A DNA stretch of 46,307 nucleotides from Alphaproteobacteria bacterium (GCA_045590955.1 JAZNSB010000012.1:1-46307); one strand, 5' to 3'; counted from the stretch's first letter, positions 10,027 through 18,952 are shown. Translations and numbers: made by a program. Notes: generated by a model from the sequence alone, not told the origin.

Positions 10027-11379
10027 ATGGTATCATTAGCAGAAAAAATGGCATCGGGAATTGATGCTTCAGTGTTTGGAAAAGCCGAAGATCTGAAAAA
10101 AAGATTGTGGTTTACTTTTTGGGCATTGGTAGTTTTTAGATTAGGAACTTTTATTCCTTTACCGGGAATAGATCCGCACATTTTGTCTGATATTTTTGCA
10201 CAAAATTCAGGCGGAATTTTGGGGATGTTTAATATGTTTTCCGGTGGAGCTTTGGAGCGTATGACCATTTTTGCATTAAACATTATGCCATATATTTCTG
10301 CGTCCATCATTATTCAGTTGGGACAATCTGTTATTCCTTCTTTGCAAGCTTTGAAAAAAGATGGTGAAGCAGGACACAGAAAAGTTACTCAATATACAAG
10401 AATTTTAACGGTTTTGATTACTATTATTCAAGGATATGGTATAGCTGTTGGTTTGGAAGGAATGAGAGGTTCTACCGGAATGTCTGCAGTAATTGACCCA
10501 GGTTTTGTCTTTCGTTTTACCACAATTGTTTCTTTGGTTGGTGGAACAATGTTTATTGTTTGGCTTGGTGAACAAATGACATCAAGAGGTGTTGGAAACG
10601 GTTCTTCATTGATAATTACTGCCGGTATTATTTCCGGAATTCCGGGGGCATTGGCTCAAACATTTGAATTGGGAAGAGTTGGTTCTATGTCAATTGGTCT
10701 TATTTTGGGCTTGATTGTAATGGCAGCCGCTTTGATTTACGTGATTGTTTTGGTTGAAAGGGCTCAAAGAAAAATTTCAATTCAATATCCAAAGAGAAAT
10801 ATGGCTTTTGGTGCAAATTCTCAAGAAACATCTCATTTGCCGTTAAAGATTAACCCAACAGGTGTTATTCCACCGATTTTTGCCAGCTCTTTATTGTTGT
10901 TGCCGATCACAATTGCAAATTTGAGCGCAGAAAATGGTCCTGCATGGGTGCAGACATTAAGTCAAGTGTTGGGACATGGCAAACCTTTGTACTTGTTGTT
11001 GTATTCTGCATTGATTATGTTTTTTGCATTTTTCTATACCGCAGTTGTATTTAACCCAGAAGAAACAGCAGAAAACTTGAAAAAGCATGGCGGATTTATT
11101 GCCGGAATAAGACCTGGAAGAAATACTGCCGAATATCTTGATTATGTAATTACAAGATTGACTGTATTGGGTGCTATATATTTGACAGCATTGTGTATTT
11201 TGCCTGAAATTTTAATCTACAAGCTTTCTGTTCCGTTTATTTTGGGAGGAACGACATTGCTTATCGTTGTTCAGGTTACAATGGACTTTATGGCACAAAT
11301 TCAGTCTCATTTGATTGCATATCAATATGAATCTTTGATTAAAAAAGCCTCTTTGGCAGGAAAAAAACGTAGAAGATAG
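10027..11379 (+). CDS. secY: Preprotein translocase subunit SecY
   Basis: FALNIMPYISASII...WLGEQMTSRGVGNGSSLII...GVIPPIFASSLL...GGTTLLIVV. Confidence 0.99.
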   Translation: MVSLAEKMASGIDASVFGKAEDLKKRLWFTFWALVVFRLGTFIPLPGIDPHILSDIFAQNSGGILGMFNMFSGGALERMTIFALNIMPYISASIIIQLGQSVIPSLQALKKDGEAGHRKVTQYTRILTVLITIIQGYGIAVGLEGMRGSTGMSAVIDPGFVFRFTTIVSLVGGTMFIVWLGEQMTSRGVGNGSSLIITAGIISGIPGALAQTFELGRVGSMSIGLILGLIVMAAALIYVIVLVERAQRKISIQYPKRNMAFGANSQETSHLPLKINPTGVIPPIFASSLLLLPITIANLSAENGPAWVQTLSQVLGHGKPLYLLLYSALIMFFAFFYTAVVFNPEETAENLKKHGGFIAGIRPGRNTAEYLDYVITRLTVLGAIYLTALCILPEILIYKLSVPFILGGTTLLIVVQVTMDFMAQIQSHLIAYQYESLIKKASLAGKKRRR

Positions 11380-11388
11380 GAAGGTAAA

Positions 11389-12048
11389 ATGGCTAAAAGA
11401 ACAAATTTGATTTTGACAGGTGTGCTTGGTAGTGGAAAAGGAACGCAGGCAGCGGTTTTGTTGGAAAAAATGAAGGTTCCTCATCTTTCAACCGGAGATA
11501 TGTTGAGGGCAGAAGTGGCAAAAGGAAGCGAACTTGGTTTGCAAATTAAAGAAGTTTTACAAACAGGCGGGTTGGTTTCTGATGATATGGTAATAGAAAT
11601 GGTTTCTGCCAGATTAGATGAACCTGATTGTGCAAACGGATTTATTTTAGATGGTTTTCCAAGAACTTTGGAACAAGCTAAACGTTTGGATGAAGTGATG
11701 AAGAAAAAAGGCTTAAAGATTGATCTTGTTGTAAACATGGAAGTTCCGGAAGATGTTGTTATGGCAAGAATTTTAGGTCGTTTTTCTTGTGCAAAATGTG
11801 GTGCAGGATATAACGACAGATTTAGAAAACCAAAAGTAGAAGGCGTTTGTGATAAGTGCGGTTCAACAGAATTTACAAGACGAATCGATGACAATGAGGA
11901 GTCTGTAAAAACAAGATTGAAAAACTATCATGAGCAAACAGCTCCGATTTTGCCATATTATGAAGCACAAGGTTTGCTCTATAACATAGACGGAACAAGG
12001 CCTTTGGACGAAACAAGAGATGAAATTTTGCAACATTTGGGCTTATAA
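11389..12048 (+). CDS. adk: Adenylate kinase with Zn-type LID
   Basis: GSGKGTQA, HLSTGDMLR, GFILDGFPRT; LID has C-x2-C...C-x2-C (CAKC, CDKC). Confidence 0.99.
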   Translation: MAKRTNLILTGVLGSGKGTQAAVLLEKMKVPHLSTGDMLRAEVAKGSELGLQIKEVLQTGGLVSDDMVIEMVSARLDEPDCANGFILDGFPRTLEQAKRLDEVMKKKGLKIDLVVNMEVPEDVVMARILGRFSCAKCGAGYNDRFRKPKVEGVCDKCGSTEFTRRIDDNEESVKTRLKNYHEQTAPILPYYEAQGLLYNIDGTRPLDETRDEILQHLGL

Positions 12049-12104
12049 TATAGTTTAAAGTGTTGAAAGATTTGAAAAAAATAAAAAATAATGAAAAGTT
12101 GTGG

Positions 12105-12132
12105 TTGACACTAAAAAATTATGGCATATAAT
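12105..12132 (+). promoter_or_regulatory. sigma70 promoter for rpsM-rpsK-rpoA-rplQ
   Basis: Exact consensus TTGACA(12105-12110)-N16-TATAAT(12127-12132). Confidence 0.85.
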
Positions 12133-12201
12133 CCGCAATAATTTTGAAAAGTGGTGATCAAACTTTTTGAATGGTTAATTTTATAGAAATGGAGAGTAAA
12201 T

Positions 12202-12573
12202 TTGGCTCGTATAGCTGGTGTAAATATCCCAACTGCCAAGAAAGTTAATGTCGCACTGACATACATTCATGGAATCGGGAAGAAAACTGCTCAAGACATT
12301 TGTGACAAAGCTGGTATTGAGTGTGACAGTAGAGTTCATCAACTTACTGATGATGATGTTTCAAAAATCAGAGAAGTTATTGACAATGAAGGAATCCTTG
12401 TAGAAGGTGAATTGCGCAGAGAAGTAGGTGTTAATGTTAAAAGACTTATGGATTTGGGCTGCTACAGAGGTTTGAGACATCGTAAAGGCTTGCCTGTTCG
12501 TGGACAAAGCACAAAACAAAATGCAAGAACACGTAAAGGTAAACGTAAAACTGTTGCAAATAAGAAGAAATAG
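12202..12573 (+). CDS. rpsM: 30S ribosomal protein S13 (TTG start)
   Basis: ARIAGVNIP...ALTYIHGIG...[17 protein letters not shown]; SD GGAG upstream of the TTG. Confidence 0.99.
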   Translation: MARIAGVNIPTAKKVNVALTYIHGIGKKTAQDICDKAGIECDSRVHQLTDDDVSKIREVIDNEGILVEGELRREVGVNVKRLMDLGCYRGLRHRKGLPVRGQSTKQNARTRKGKRKTVANKKK

Positions 12574-12586
12574 TTGAGGGAAGCAA

Positions 12587-12979
12587 ATGGTAAAAGCAGA
12601 AACGCAACGTGTTAAGAAAAAAGAGAAAAAGAATATCACAACAGGTGTTGCCCATGTGAATTCTACTTTTAATAACACAAGAGTAACAATTACAGATGCT
12701 CAAGGCAATACAGTTGCTTGGTCAACTTCTGGTGCACAAGGTTTTAAAGGTTCTAGAAAATCTACTCCTTATGCTGCTCAAATTGCAGCAGAAGATGCCG
12801 GTAGAAAAGCACAAGAACATGGAATGAAAACTTTGGAAGTGGAAGTTAAAGGCCCAGGTTCTGGAAGAGAATCTGCCATTAGAGCATTGCAGGCAATTGG
12901 TTTTACAATCACAGTAATTCGTGATGTTACTCCAATTCCGCACAATGGTTGCAAAATGAGAAAAAGACGTCGTGTCTAA
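12587..12979 (+). CDS. rpsK: 30S ribosomal protein S11
   Basis: HVNSTFNNT...[14 protein letters not shown]...[13 protein letters not shown]...[10 protein letters not shown]. Confidence 0.99.
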   Translation: MVKAETQRVKKKEKKNITTGVAHVNSTFNNTRVTITDAQGNTVAWSTSGAQGFKGSRKSTPYAAQIAAEDAGRKAQEHGMKTLEVEVKGPGSGRESAIRALQAIGFTITVIRDVTPIPHNGCKMRKRRRV

Positions 12980-12992
12980 TTCTTTTTTGAGT

Positions 12993-13024
12993 GTGAGGCT
13001 TTAAATAAAGTCTCACGGTTTTTT
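12993..13024 (+). terminator. Terminator- or attenuator-like hairpin between rpsK and rpoA
   Basis: GTGAGGCTTT-AAAT-AAAGTCTCAC followed by GG-TTTTTT. Confidence 0.55.
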
Positions 13025-13050
13025 GTTAAATATATAAAAGGATTAATTCC

Positions 13051-14061
13051 GTGATTAGAAAAAACTGGCAAGAACTTATTAAACCAACTAATTTAGATGT
13101 GGTTGCTGGCGACAATGGTAACGTAGCTAAAGTGGTTGTTGAGCCCCTGGAAAGAGGTTTTGGTCTAACATTGGGAAATGCGCTGAGAAGAGTGTTGTTG
13201 TCTTCTTTGAGAGGTGGCGCTGTTACATCTATTAAAATTAATGGTGTATTACATGAATTTTCTGTTATCCCAGGTGTTAGAGAAGATGTTACAGAAATTG
13301 TGCTGAACATTAAAGGTTTGGCAATTGCTGTTCATAATGAAGGTCAGAAAATGATGACATTGAAAGCTGAAGGCCCTTGTGTGGTTACAGCGGCAATGAT
13401 TGAAACTGGTCATGATGTGGAAATTAAAAATCCTGATCACTTTATTTGCACATTGGATGCAGGTGCAAAATTGAATATGGAATTGACTGTAGATACAGGT
13501 AAAGGTTATGTACCTGCATTTATGAATAAGTCTGCAGATGCGCCAATTGGTGTAATTCCGGTAGACGCAATTTATTCACCTGTAAAAAGAGTGTCTTATA
13601 AAGTAGACAATACTCGTGTTGGTCAGGCAACAGACTATGATAAATTGACTTTGGTTGTTGAGACAAACGGCGTTATTTCTCCGGAAGATGCAGTTGCTTT
13701 GTCTGCAAGAATTTTGCAAGAACAATTGAAGCCGTTTATTAACTTTGATGAACCTGAACCAGAAGTTGAAGCAGAAAAAGAAGAGTTGCCATTCAACAAA
13801 AATCTGTTGAAGAAAGTTGAAGAACTTGAACTTTCAGTGCGTTCTGCAAACTGCTTGAAAAACGATAATATCGTTTATATTGGTGATTTAGTTCAGAAAA
13901 CAGAAGCAGAGATGCTTAGAACACCAAACTTTGGTAGAAAATCTTTGAATGAAATTAAAGAAGTTTTGGCAAAAATGGGAATCCATTTGGGTATGGATGT
14001 TCCAGGATGGCCTCCAGAGAACATTGAAGATTTAATCAAACGTTGTGATGAGCACTTCTAG
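13051..14061 (+). CDS. rpoA: RNA polymerase alpha subunit (GTG start)
   Basis: [23 protein letters not shown]...LHEFS...GVREDV...[12 protein letters not shown]...[11 protein letters not shown]. Confidence 0.99.
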   Translation: MIRKNWQELIKPTNLDVVAGDNGNVAKVVVEPLERGFGLTLGNALRRVLLSSLRGGAVTSIKINGVLHEFSVIPGVREDVTEIVLNIKGLAIAVHNEGQKMMTLKAEGPCVVTAAMIETGHDVEIKNPDHFICTLDAGAKLNMELTVDTGKGYVPAFMNKSADAPIGVIPVDAIYSPVKRVSYKVDNTRVGQATDYDKLTLVVETNGVISPEDAVALSARILQEQLKPFINFDEPEPEVEAEKEELPFNKNLLKKVEELELSVRSANCLKNDNIVYIGDLVQKTEAEMLRTPNFGRKSLNEIKEVLAKMGIHLGMDVPGWPPENIEDLIKRCDEHF

Positions 14062-14163
14062 TTTTTGAATGTGTTATTTGCAAATATGCATCTCGCGTGG
14101 TATTTGCATAGTTAATTATCCGCTTTGCCCGTGCAAAGCATCAGAGAAAAGAAAGGTAATGTT

Positions 14164-14679
14164 ATGAGACATGGAATGAAACATAGAACATTGAATATGC
14201 CTTCAAATCAAAGAAGAGCATTGTTCGCTAACTTAACAAACGCTCTATTAACACATGAGCAAATTACAATTACTTTGCCAAGAGCAAAAGAATTGAGAAC
14301 TTTTGCAGATAAAATGATTACTTTGGCAAAGAAAGGTCAACTGAGTAACAGAAGACAAGCTTTGGCATTTTTGCGTGACGAAACTGTTGTATCTAAGCTT
14401 TTCTCTGTATTGGCTGACAGATACAAAGACAGAAACGGTGGTTATACAAGAGTATTGAAAGCCGGTTTCAGATATGGAGATTGTGCTCCCATGGCTGTTG
14501 TTGAGTTGGTTGATAGAGATGTTAATGCTAAAGGAGCTAAGGATTTGGCTCGTGTAGCTGCAGAAAAAGCTGCTAAATTGGCAGAACAAAAAGGTGAAAC
14601 AGCTCCGGTAAAAGAAGAACCAAAGAAAAAAGCTGAACCAAAAGAGAAAAAAGCAGCTAAAGCAAAAAAAGAAGACTAA
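14164..14679 (+). CDS. rplQ: 50S ribosomal protein L17 with Lys/Ala/Glu-rich C-terminal extension
   Basis: MRHG...[15 protein letters not shown]...[25 protein letters not shown] 14164 follows SD AAGG. Confidence 0.98.
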   Translation: MRHGMKHRTLNMPSNQRRALFANLTNALLTHEQITITLPRAKELRTFADKMITLAKKGQLSNRRQALAFLRDETVVSKLFSVLADRYKDRNGGYTRVLKAGFRYGDCAPMAVVELVDRDVNAKGAKDLARVAAEKAAKLAEQKGETAPVKEEPKKKAEPKEKKAAKAKKED

Positions 14680-14693
14680 GCTTTTTATAAGGT

Positions 14694-14733
14694 AAAAAAA
14701 AAGACGAGTTGTGAAAATAGCTCGTCTTTTTTT
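14694..14733. terminator. Intrinsic terminator after rplQ
   Basis: A-tract-AAGACGAGTTG-TGAAAA-TAGCTCGTCTT-T-tract. Confidence 0.9.
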
Positions 14734-14783
14734 GACTTTTTTGATCTAATCTTTTGTTGATTTTTTGACACAAAAGTAGTAGG

Positions 14784-15710
14784 ATGTTGCCAAAATTAAT
14801 TATTTACGTAATAAACACAAAGAATATGAGAAAGAACTATTATGGAGAGAATTGGCCAGAGTTGGTTGATTCTGCAATGGGATTGGGAACTGCAAAATTG
14901 CAGAGTATCTTAAGTTCAGGAAATGTTAAGCAATCTGATTTGAGGTATGTTTTTGAGCGTTTTGCCCTTCCTAAAGATGTTTTAGCAAAGATGTTATATT
15001 TGGTAGATGTCAAATATATTAGATCTTTTTGTAAGCATCAGAACTCGGTTGCTTTACATGAAGTTGTCAGAGAAAATAACGTTGCCGACTTCAGTAAAAT
15101 AATGGAATGTTTGAGGGATATTGTTCCAGAAAACAAAGTTTGGGAAGCGCTTGAAAAAGGCGATAAAAAGGCTTTGAAAAAAATCATCAAAAACCAGTCG
15201 TTGACAGAAAAACAGGTTTTATGTCTTCTTGACAAGAATCTTGGTTTGATTGAATTTTACTGGGATAGGCACAGGTTACCACGAAAAGCCATTATCAAAA
15301 TTTTGAGAATGCCGGTAGATCAAAGAAACGATCGGGGATTGGAGCTTTTTGCTGCAAATTTAAGCAAAGAATTCTGTTCTTTGGATTATCAAAGTTGTGC
15401 CGATATATTATCAATTGATGATGAGCAGGTGGAAAAATTCTTTGCAAACTATGTAAAAAACCAAGAGTCGTTAAAGGTGTTTGCGTATATGAAAGTATAT
15501 GATGAAAGAGCCTTTAAGGTGTTGTCTGATGTGGTGTTGCCCAAAGAAGCTTGTATGAAATTGGACCCATATCCGGTGCTCAAAACGATGTATAAAAACT
15601 TGGCTTTTCATGCTGTAGCGTTAGGTACTTTGATGAACCAAGTTAATGAAGTTCAGTTGGATTTTGAAGCATATCCTTTTGAAAGGATTGATGCAAAAGT
15701 GGAGTCGTAA
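14784..15710 (+). CDS. Hypothetical protein, probably alpha-helical repeats (start may be ATG 14826)
   Basis: 308-codon ORF with no recognised family; internal similarity LRYVFERFALPKDVLAKML vs LIEFYWDRHRLPRKAIIKIL. Confidence 0.7.
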   Translation: MLPKLIIYVINTKNMRKNYYGENWPELVDSAMGLGTAKLQSILSSGNVKQSDLRYVFERFALPKDVLAKMLYLVDVKYIRSFCKHQNSVALHEVVRENNVADFSKIMECLRDIVPENKVWEALEKGDKKALKKIIKNQSLTEKQVLCLLDKNLGLIEFYWDRHRLPRKAIIKILRMPVDQRNDRGLELFAANLSKEFCSLDYQSCADILSIDDEQVEKFFANYVKNQESLKVFAYMKVYDERAFKVLSDVVLPKEACMKLDPYPVLKTMYKNLAFHAVALGTLMNQVNEVQLDFEAYPFERIDAKVES

Positions 15711-15754
15711 TATACGGCTCCACTTGGAGTTTTAAAAAAAAATAAAAATTTATC

Positions 15755-15783
15755 TTGTTTTAGGTCTAATTTTGTGGTATATT
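15755..15783 (+). promoter_or_regulatory. Candidate sigma70 promoter of carD
   Basis: TTGTTT(15755-15760)-N17-TATATT(15778-15783) with extended -10 TG. Confidence 0.5.
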
Positions 15784-15825
15784 GCAATCGTTTCACTAAA
15801 AAACAAAAGAACAAGGAATTAGGAT

Positions 15826-16332
15826 ATGGTAAAGAAAATTTCCTCATATAGTGCTTTTAACTCCGGAGAATTTGTGGTTTATCCTGCCCATGGAGTAGGT
15901 AAAGTTTCTGACATTTCAACACAGAAAGTGGCCGGAAGTGAGTTGGAATTGATTGTGGTTAATTTTGCTAAAGACAAAATGACTCTCAGAATCCCAATGG
16001 CAAAAGCAGAAACGTCTGGCTTGAGAAAAATTTCTGAAGCTTCTACATTGAGTGAAGCTTATGGAATTTTGAAAGGTAAGCCAAAGTTGAAAAAAGTAAT
16101 GTGGTCAAGAAGGGCGCAGGAATATGAAAACAAAATAAATTCCGGCAATCCTATTGCTATTGCTGAGGTTATAAGAGATTTGTATCGCAGTGAAAATTTG
16201 GCAGAACAATCTTATAGTGAACGTCAGATATATGAACAGGCGTTTGACAGATTGGCAAATGAAGTGGCTGTGTGTGAAAATATCTCTTATGAAGATGCTT
16301 CTGCAAAGTTAAATACAGCACTTTTGAAATAG
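15826..16332 (+). CDS. carD: CarD/CdnL family transcription regulator
   Basis: GEFVVYPAHGVGKV...KMTLRIP...GLRKIS...WSRRAQEYENKINSGNPIAIAEVIRDL...SYSERQIYEQA. Confidence 0.95.
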   Translation: MVKKISSYSAFNSGEFVVYPAHGVGKVSDISTQKVAGSELELIVVNFAKDKMTLRIPMAKAETSGLRKISEASTLSEAYGILKGKPKLKKVMWSRRAQEYENKINSGNPIAIAEVIRDLYRSENLAEQSYSERQIYEQAFDRLANEVAVCENISYEDASAKLNTALLK

Positions 16333-16353
16333 TAAATAAATTTTAGAAAAGGT

Positions 16354-16388
16354 AAAAAAATCGGAACTGAAAAGTTCCGATTTTTTTT
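16354..16388. terminator. Intrinsic terminator after carD
   Basis: AAAAAAATCGGAACT-GAAA-AGTTCCGATTTTTTT, perfect stem with GNRA loop. Confidence 0.92.
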
Positions 16389-16474
16389 GTGAATAACATT
16401 GTGTATAAAAAAATCTCAACCTTGCGAATCATTTCTCTTTTTTTATGATATCTTTGTTAACAAAGGGGAGAATT

Positions 16475-16882
16475 ATGATATTAGAAGATGATTTGAAAGT
16501 GGCTCAAACAGGTAGAATAATTGTTTCTGCTTGTCCGTTTATGTCACAGGAAGCGCAGGCCGAGCAAGTTGGTTATTATTTGTGTATTGAGAATCAATCT
16601 CCTTCAAAAATTCATATTTTGAGCAAAGATTGGCATATTACTGATGAAAAGGGTAATATGTATTGTGATAATTCAGTTGGTTTTGACGGAGAAATTCCGG
16701 CGTTGGAACCAGGTGAATGTTTTGAGTTTAGTTCTGTTGCTCCAAAAATTTCTCCAAACGCAGTGTTTTATGGAACATGTCAGATAAAGTCTGATGAAGA
16801 TTCTTGTGTTAAAGATATAAAAATACCTGCGTTTTCTTTGAATCCGCAGGTATCTATGAGCAATGCAGGATATTTGAATTAA
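16475..16882 (+). CDS. ApaG (DUF525)-like protein, divergent
   Basis: YYLCIENQS...KDWHITDEKG...GFDGEIPALEPGECFEFSS...IKIPAFSL follows the ApaG pattern. ATG 16475 follows SD GGGGAG (the ORF track starts at 16445). Confidence 0.8.
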   Translation: MILEDDLKVAQTGRIIVSACPFMSQEAQAEQVGYYLCIENQSPSKIHILSKDWHITDEKGNMYCDNSVGFDGEIPALEPGECFEFSSVAPKISPNAVFYGTCQIKSDEDSCVKDIKIPAFSLNPQVSMSNAGYLN

Positions 16883-17481
16883 TAGTAAATGGTTTCTATT
16901 TTTGCACCATCAACATATAATACAAGATATTGGTTTATTTTCTTTTCCATCTGTTCATTGAAGCTTTCAAAAAGCTTTTGAACCATACCACTCCAGTATT
17001 TTTCTTTTTCTGCCAAAGAAGTGTTGGCAGGGATGATTAATTCTCTCCATGTTTTAATTTGTGTTTCTGCACTGGATTTGTTATCTGTGTCTGTTACTTT
17101 AAGAACCACATCTAAAGTTGCACGATATTTAAGACTATCCGGTGTAAATAAATTTTCTCCTTTGATTAGTTCTTCTGTTACAGATGCATCATTTATGGTA
17201 AAAATTGCTTCACTGGCAGATGCAAAGTCTACGGCCTTTAGACGATCTGAAGCCCAAAGTTTGGCGGTTTTTTCAATTGAAACCGGAAATAAGTGTTCAA
17301 CGTTTGGTCTGGTAAAAGACGGTGAAAAAACGCTATCTATGGTTATTTTATTTACTTTCAAATTTATGGGAGCCTGTTGATTAAAACGAGGTTCGTTATA
17401 TGTTTCAATGTTTTGGGATGTGCTACATGCGCTAACAATTAATGTTAAGCAGGCAACAAAAAAAGAACATATTTTTTTCAT
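16879..17481 (-). CDS. Hypothetical lipoprotein
   Basis: MKK-led signal peptide with lipobox LIVSA-C; 200 aa. Confidence 0.8.
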   Translation of the reverse strand: MKKICSFFVACLTLIVSACSTSQNIETYNEPRFNQQAPINLKVNKITIDSVFSPSFTRPNVEHLFPVSIEKTAKLWASDRLKAVDFASASEAIFTINDASVTEELIKGENLFTPDSLKYRATLDVVLKVTDTDNKSSAETQIKTWRELIIPANTSLAEKEKYWSGMVQKLFESFNEQMEKKINQYLVLYVDGAKIETIYY

Positions 17482-17546
17482 GTTAAGTCTCCAAAAATCA
17501 ATTTTATGAAAATGTTACACAAAAGAGTTTAATATATGTTTAATGC

Positions 17547-17575
17547 TTGAAGATTGTTGTTCTTAAGTTTATGAT
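17547..17575 (+). promoter_or_regulatory. Candidate sigma70 promoter of recX
   Basis: TTGAAG(17547-17552)-N17-TATGAT(17570-17575). Confidence 0.5.
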
Positions 17576-17591
17576 TTAAGTGAGGTTGAAA

Positions 17592-18098
17592 ATGTTTGAG
17601 CAAAAGATAAAAAAAGCAAAAAAAATTACAAAACAAAGACTAAAAAACATTGCGCTGTATTATTTGCAGAGGTTTGAAACCAGCGAATCGAATTTGAGAC
17701 ATGTTTTAAACCGTCGTGTAAATAAATATATGCTGGAGAATCCGCAAGAAAATAAAGAAGTTTTTTTGCAATGGATTGATGAAGTTGTGAAAGAAACAAT
17801 GATTGCGGGTTATGTTGATGATGAACGTTTTGCAGAAATGAAAATCAGGGGCTATATTTTGGCAGGAAAACCCAAAAAATATATATGGCAAAAGCTCAAA
17901 CTTAAAGGAATTGATGATGCTCTTTTACAAAGACTATTAGATGAGCAAGAATGTGATGAGTTCCTTTTAGCAATTAATTTTGTTAAAAAGAAAAAACTGG
18001 GAATAAATCCGGAAAATTATCAAAAAGATTTAGCAAAACTTGTTAGGGCCGGTTTTGATTTGCGGACATCTCAAAAAGCTTTGAAAAATCAGGAATAG
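17592..18098 (+). CDS. recX: RecX family regulator (alphaproteobacterial type)
   Basis: RLKNIALYYLQRFETSESNLRHVL...GYVDDERFA...GKPKKYIWQKLKLKGI...LAKLVRAGF. ATG 17592 follows GAGGT. Confidence 0.85.
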   Translation: MFEQKIKKAKKITKQRLKNIALYYLQRFETSESNLRHVLNRRVNKYMLENPQENKEVFLQWIDEVVKETMIAGYVDDERFAEMKIRGYILAGKPKKYIWQKLKLKGIDDALLQRLLDEQECDEFLLAINFVKKKKLGINPENYQKDLAKLVRAGFDLRTSQKALKNQE

Positions 18099-18835
18099 AA
18101 AACTTCTTTTAAGTACAGTCCGCAAGCAGGTGCCGTTGGTCCGGCTGCGGAACGGTCTTTTTTTTCTAAAACAGATGCAATATCTTGAGGAGTTAAATGC
18201 CTGTCTCCAACAAGTTTTAATGTGCCTACCATATTTCTTACCTGATGATGTAAAAAAGAACGTGCAAAAAAGTGCAATTCTATTAAATCTTCTTTTTGTA
18301 TGATTTCTACTTTATCTAATGTTTTTATGGGCGATTTTGCTTGGCAACCTGATGCTCTAAAAGAAGTAAAGTCATGGTTGCCGAGCAAAAAGGCGGCACC
18401 TTCTTGCATGGCTTTTATATCTAATGGAAAACTTACCCACCAGACCAGATCTTTGTATATAACAGGTTGAGCTTTGCGGTTTAAAATTTTATATACATAT
18501 TCTTTGCCGGTGGCACTAAAACGGGCATGAAAATCCGGAGATGTTTTTTGCAAATCTATAATACTTACCGGAAAATTATGATTGCGTAGAGAAAAATTTA
18601 ATCCTTCTTTTAATTGATATTCGGAAGAGTTTGTTTCTATATCAAAATGAGCAACTTGTCCAAGAGCATGAACACCGGCATCTGTTCTTCCTGCCCCAAA
18701 AATTTGCGGGTTTTGGCGGGTTATGTCATAAACGGCTGTTTGTATGCAGTCTTGTACACTTAACCCTTCTTTTTGGTGTTGCCAACCAACTAATTGAGAG
18801 CCGTTATATTCTATGGTTATTTTATATCTGTTCAT
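18089..18835 (-). CDS. truA: tRNA pseudouridine(38-40) synthase
   Basis: RYKITIEYNG...GAGRTDAGVHALGQ...FHARFSA...SFLHHQVRNMVG...AGPTAPACGLYL. Start MNRY follows SD GAGGAG. Confidence 0.97.
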   Translation of the reverse strand: MNRYKITIEYNGSQLVGWQHQKEGLSVQDCIQTAVYDITRQNPQIFGAGRTDAGVHALGQVAHFDIETNSSEYQLKEGLNFSLRNHNFPVSIIDLQKTSPDFHARFSATGKEYVYKILNRKAQPVIYKDLVWWVSFPLDIKAMQEGAAFLLGNHDFTSFRASGCQAKSPIKTLDKVEIIQKEDLIELHFFARSFLHHQVRNMVGTLKLVGDRHLTPQDIASVLEKKDRSAAGPTAPACGLYLKEVFYS

Positions 18836-18952
18836 GTTCTCCTCAATACTACTGATTAGACTTGTGTTTTTGTTGTGAGTCAACATCTATTTTGATTTTA
18901 CAGTTTAGTTATTTTTTGTTAGAAAGAATAAAAGAAAAACTGGAGATTAAAC

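Noticed and set aside
494-13440. Many 60-190 aa antisense ORFs over ribosomal genes (e.g. -4936..5517, -7753..8223, -8485..8922)
   Set aside because: Shadow ORFs of strongly biased coding strands; Phe/Ser/Cys-rich with no recognisable domains.
11380-14061. Absence of rpmJ, infA and rpsD from the secY-alpha region
   Set aside because: This is the normal alphaproteobacterial arrangement, not a loss specific to this window.
468-14096. Shared 9-mer GCATCTCGC upstream of rpsJ (468-476) and rplQ (14088-14096)
   Set aside because: It sits in a stem in one place and a loop in the other, at different distances from the start; a single 9-mer match is not convincing.
17529-17543. TTAA-N7-TTAA, a CtrA-type site next to the recX -35
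   Set aside because: An exact match, but such AT-only motifs are expected by chance in this AT-rich intergenic DNA, and I saw no second supporting site.
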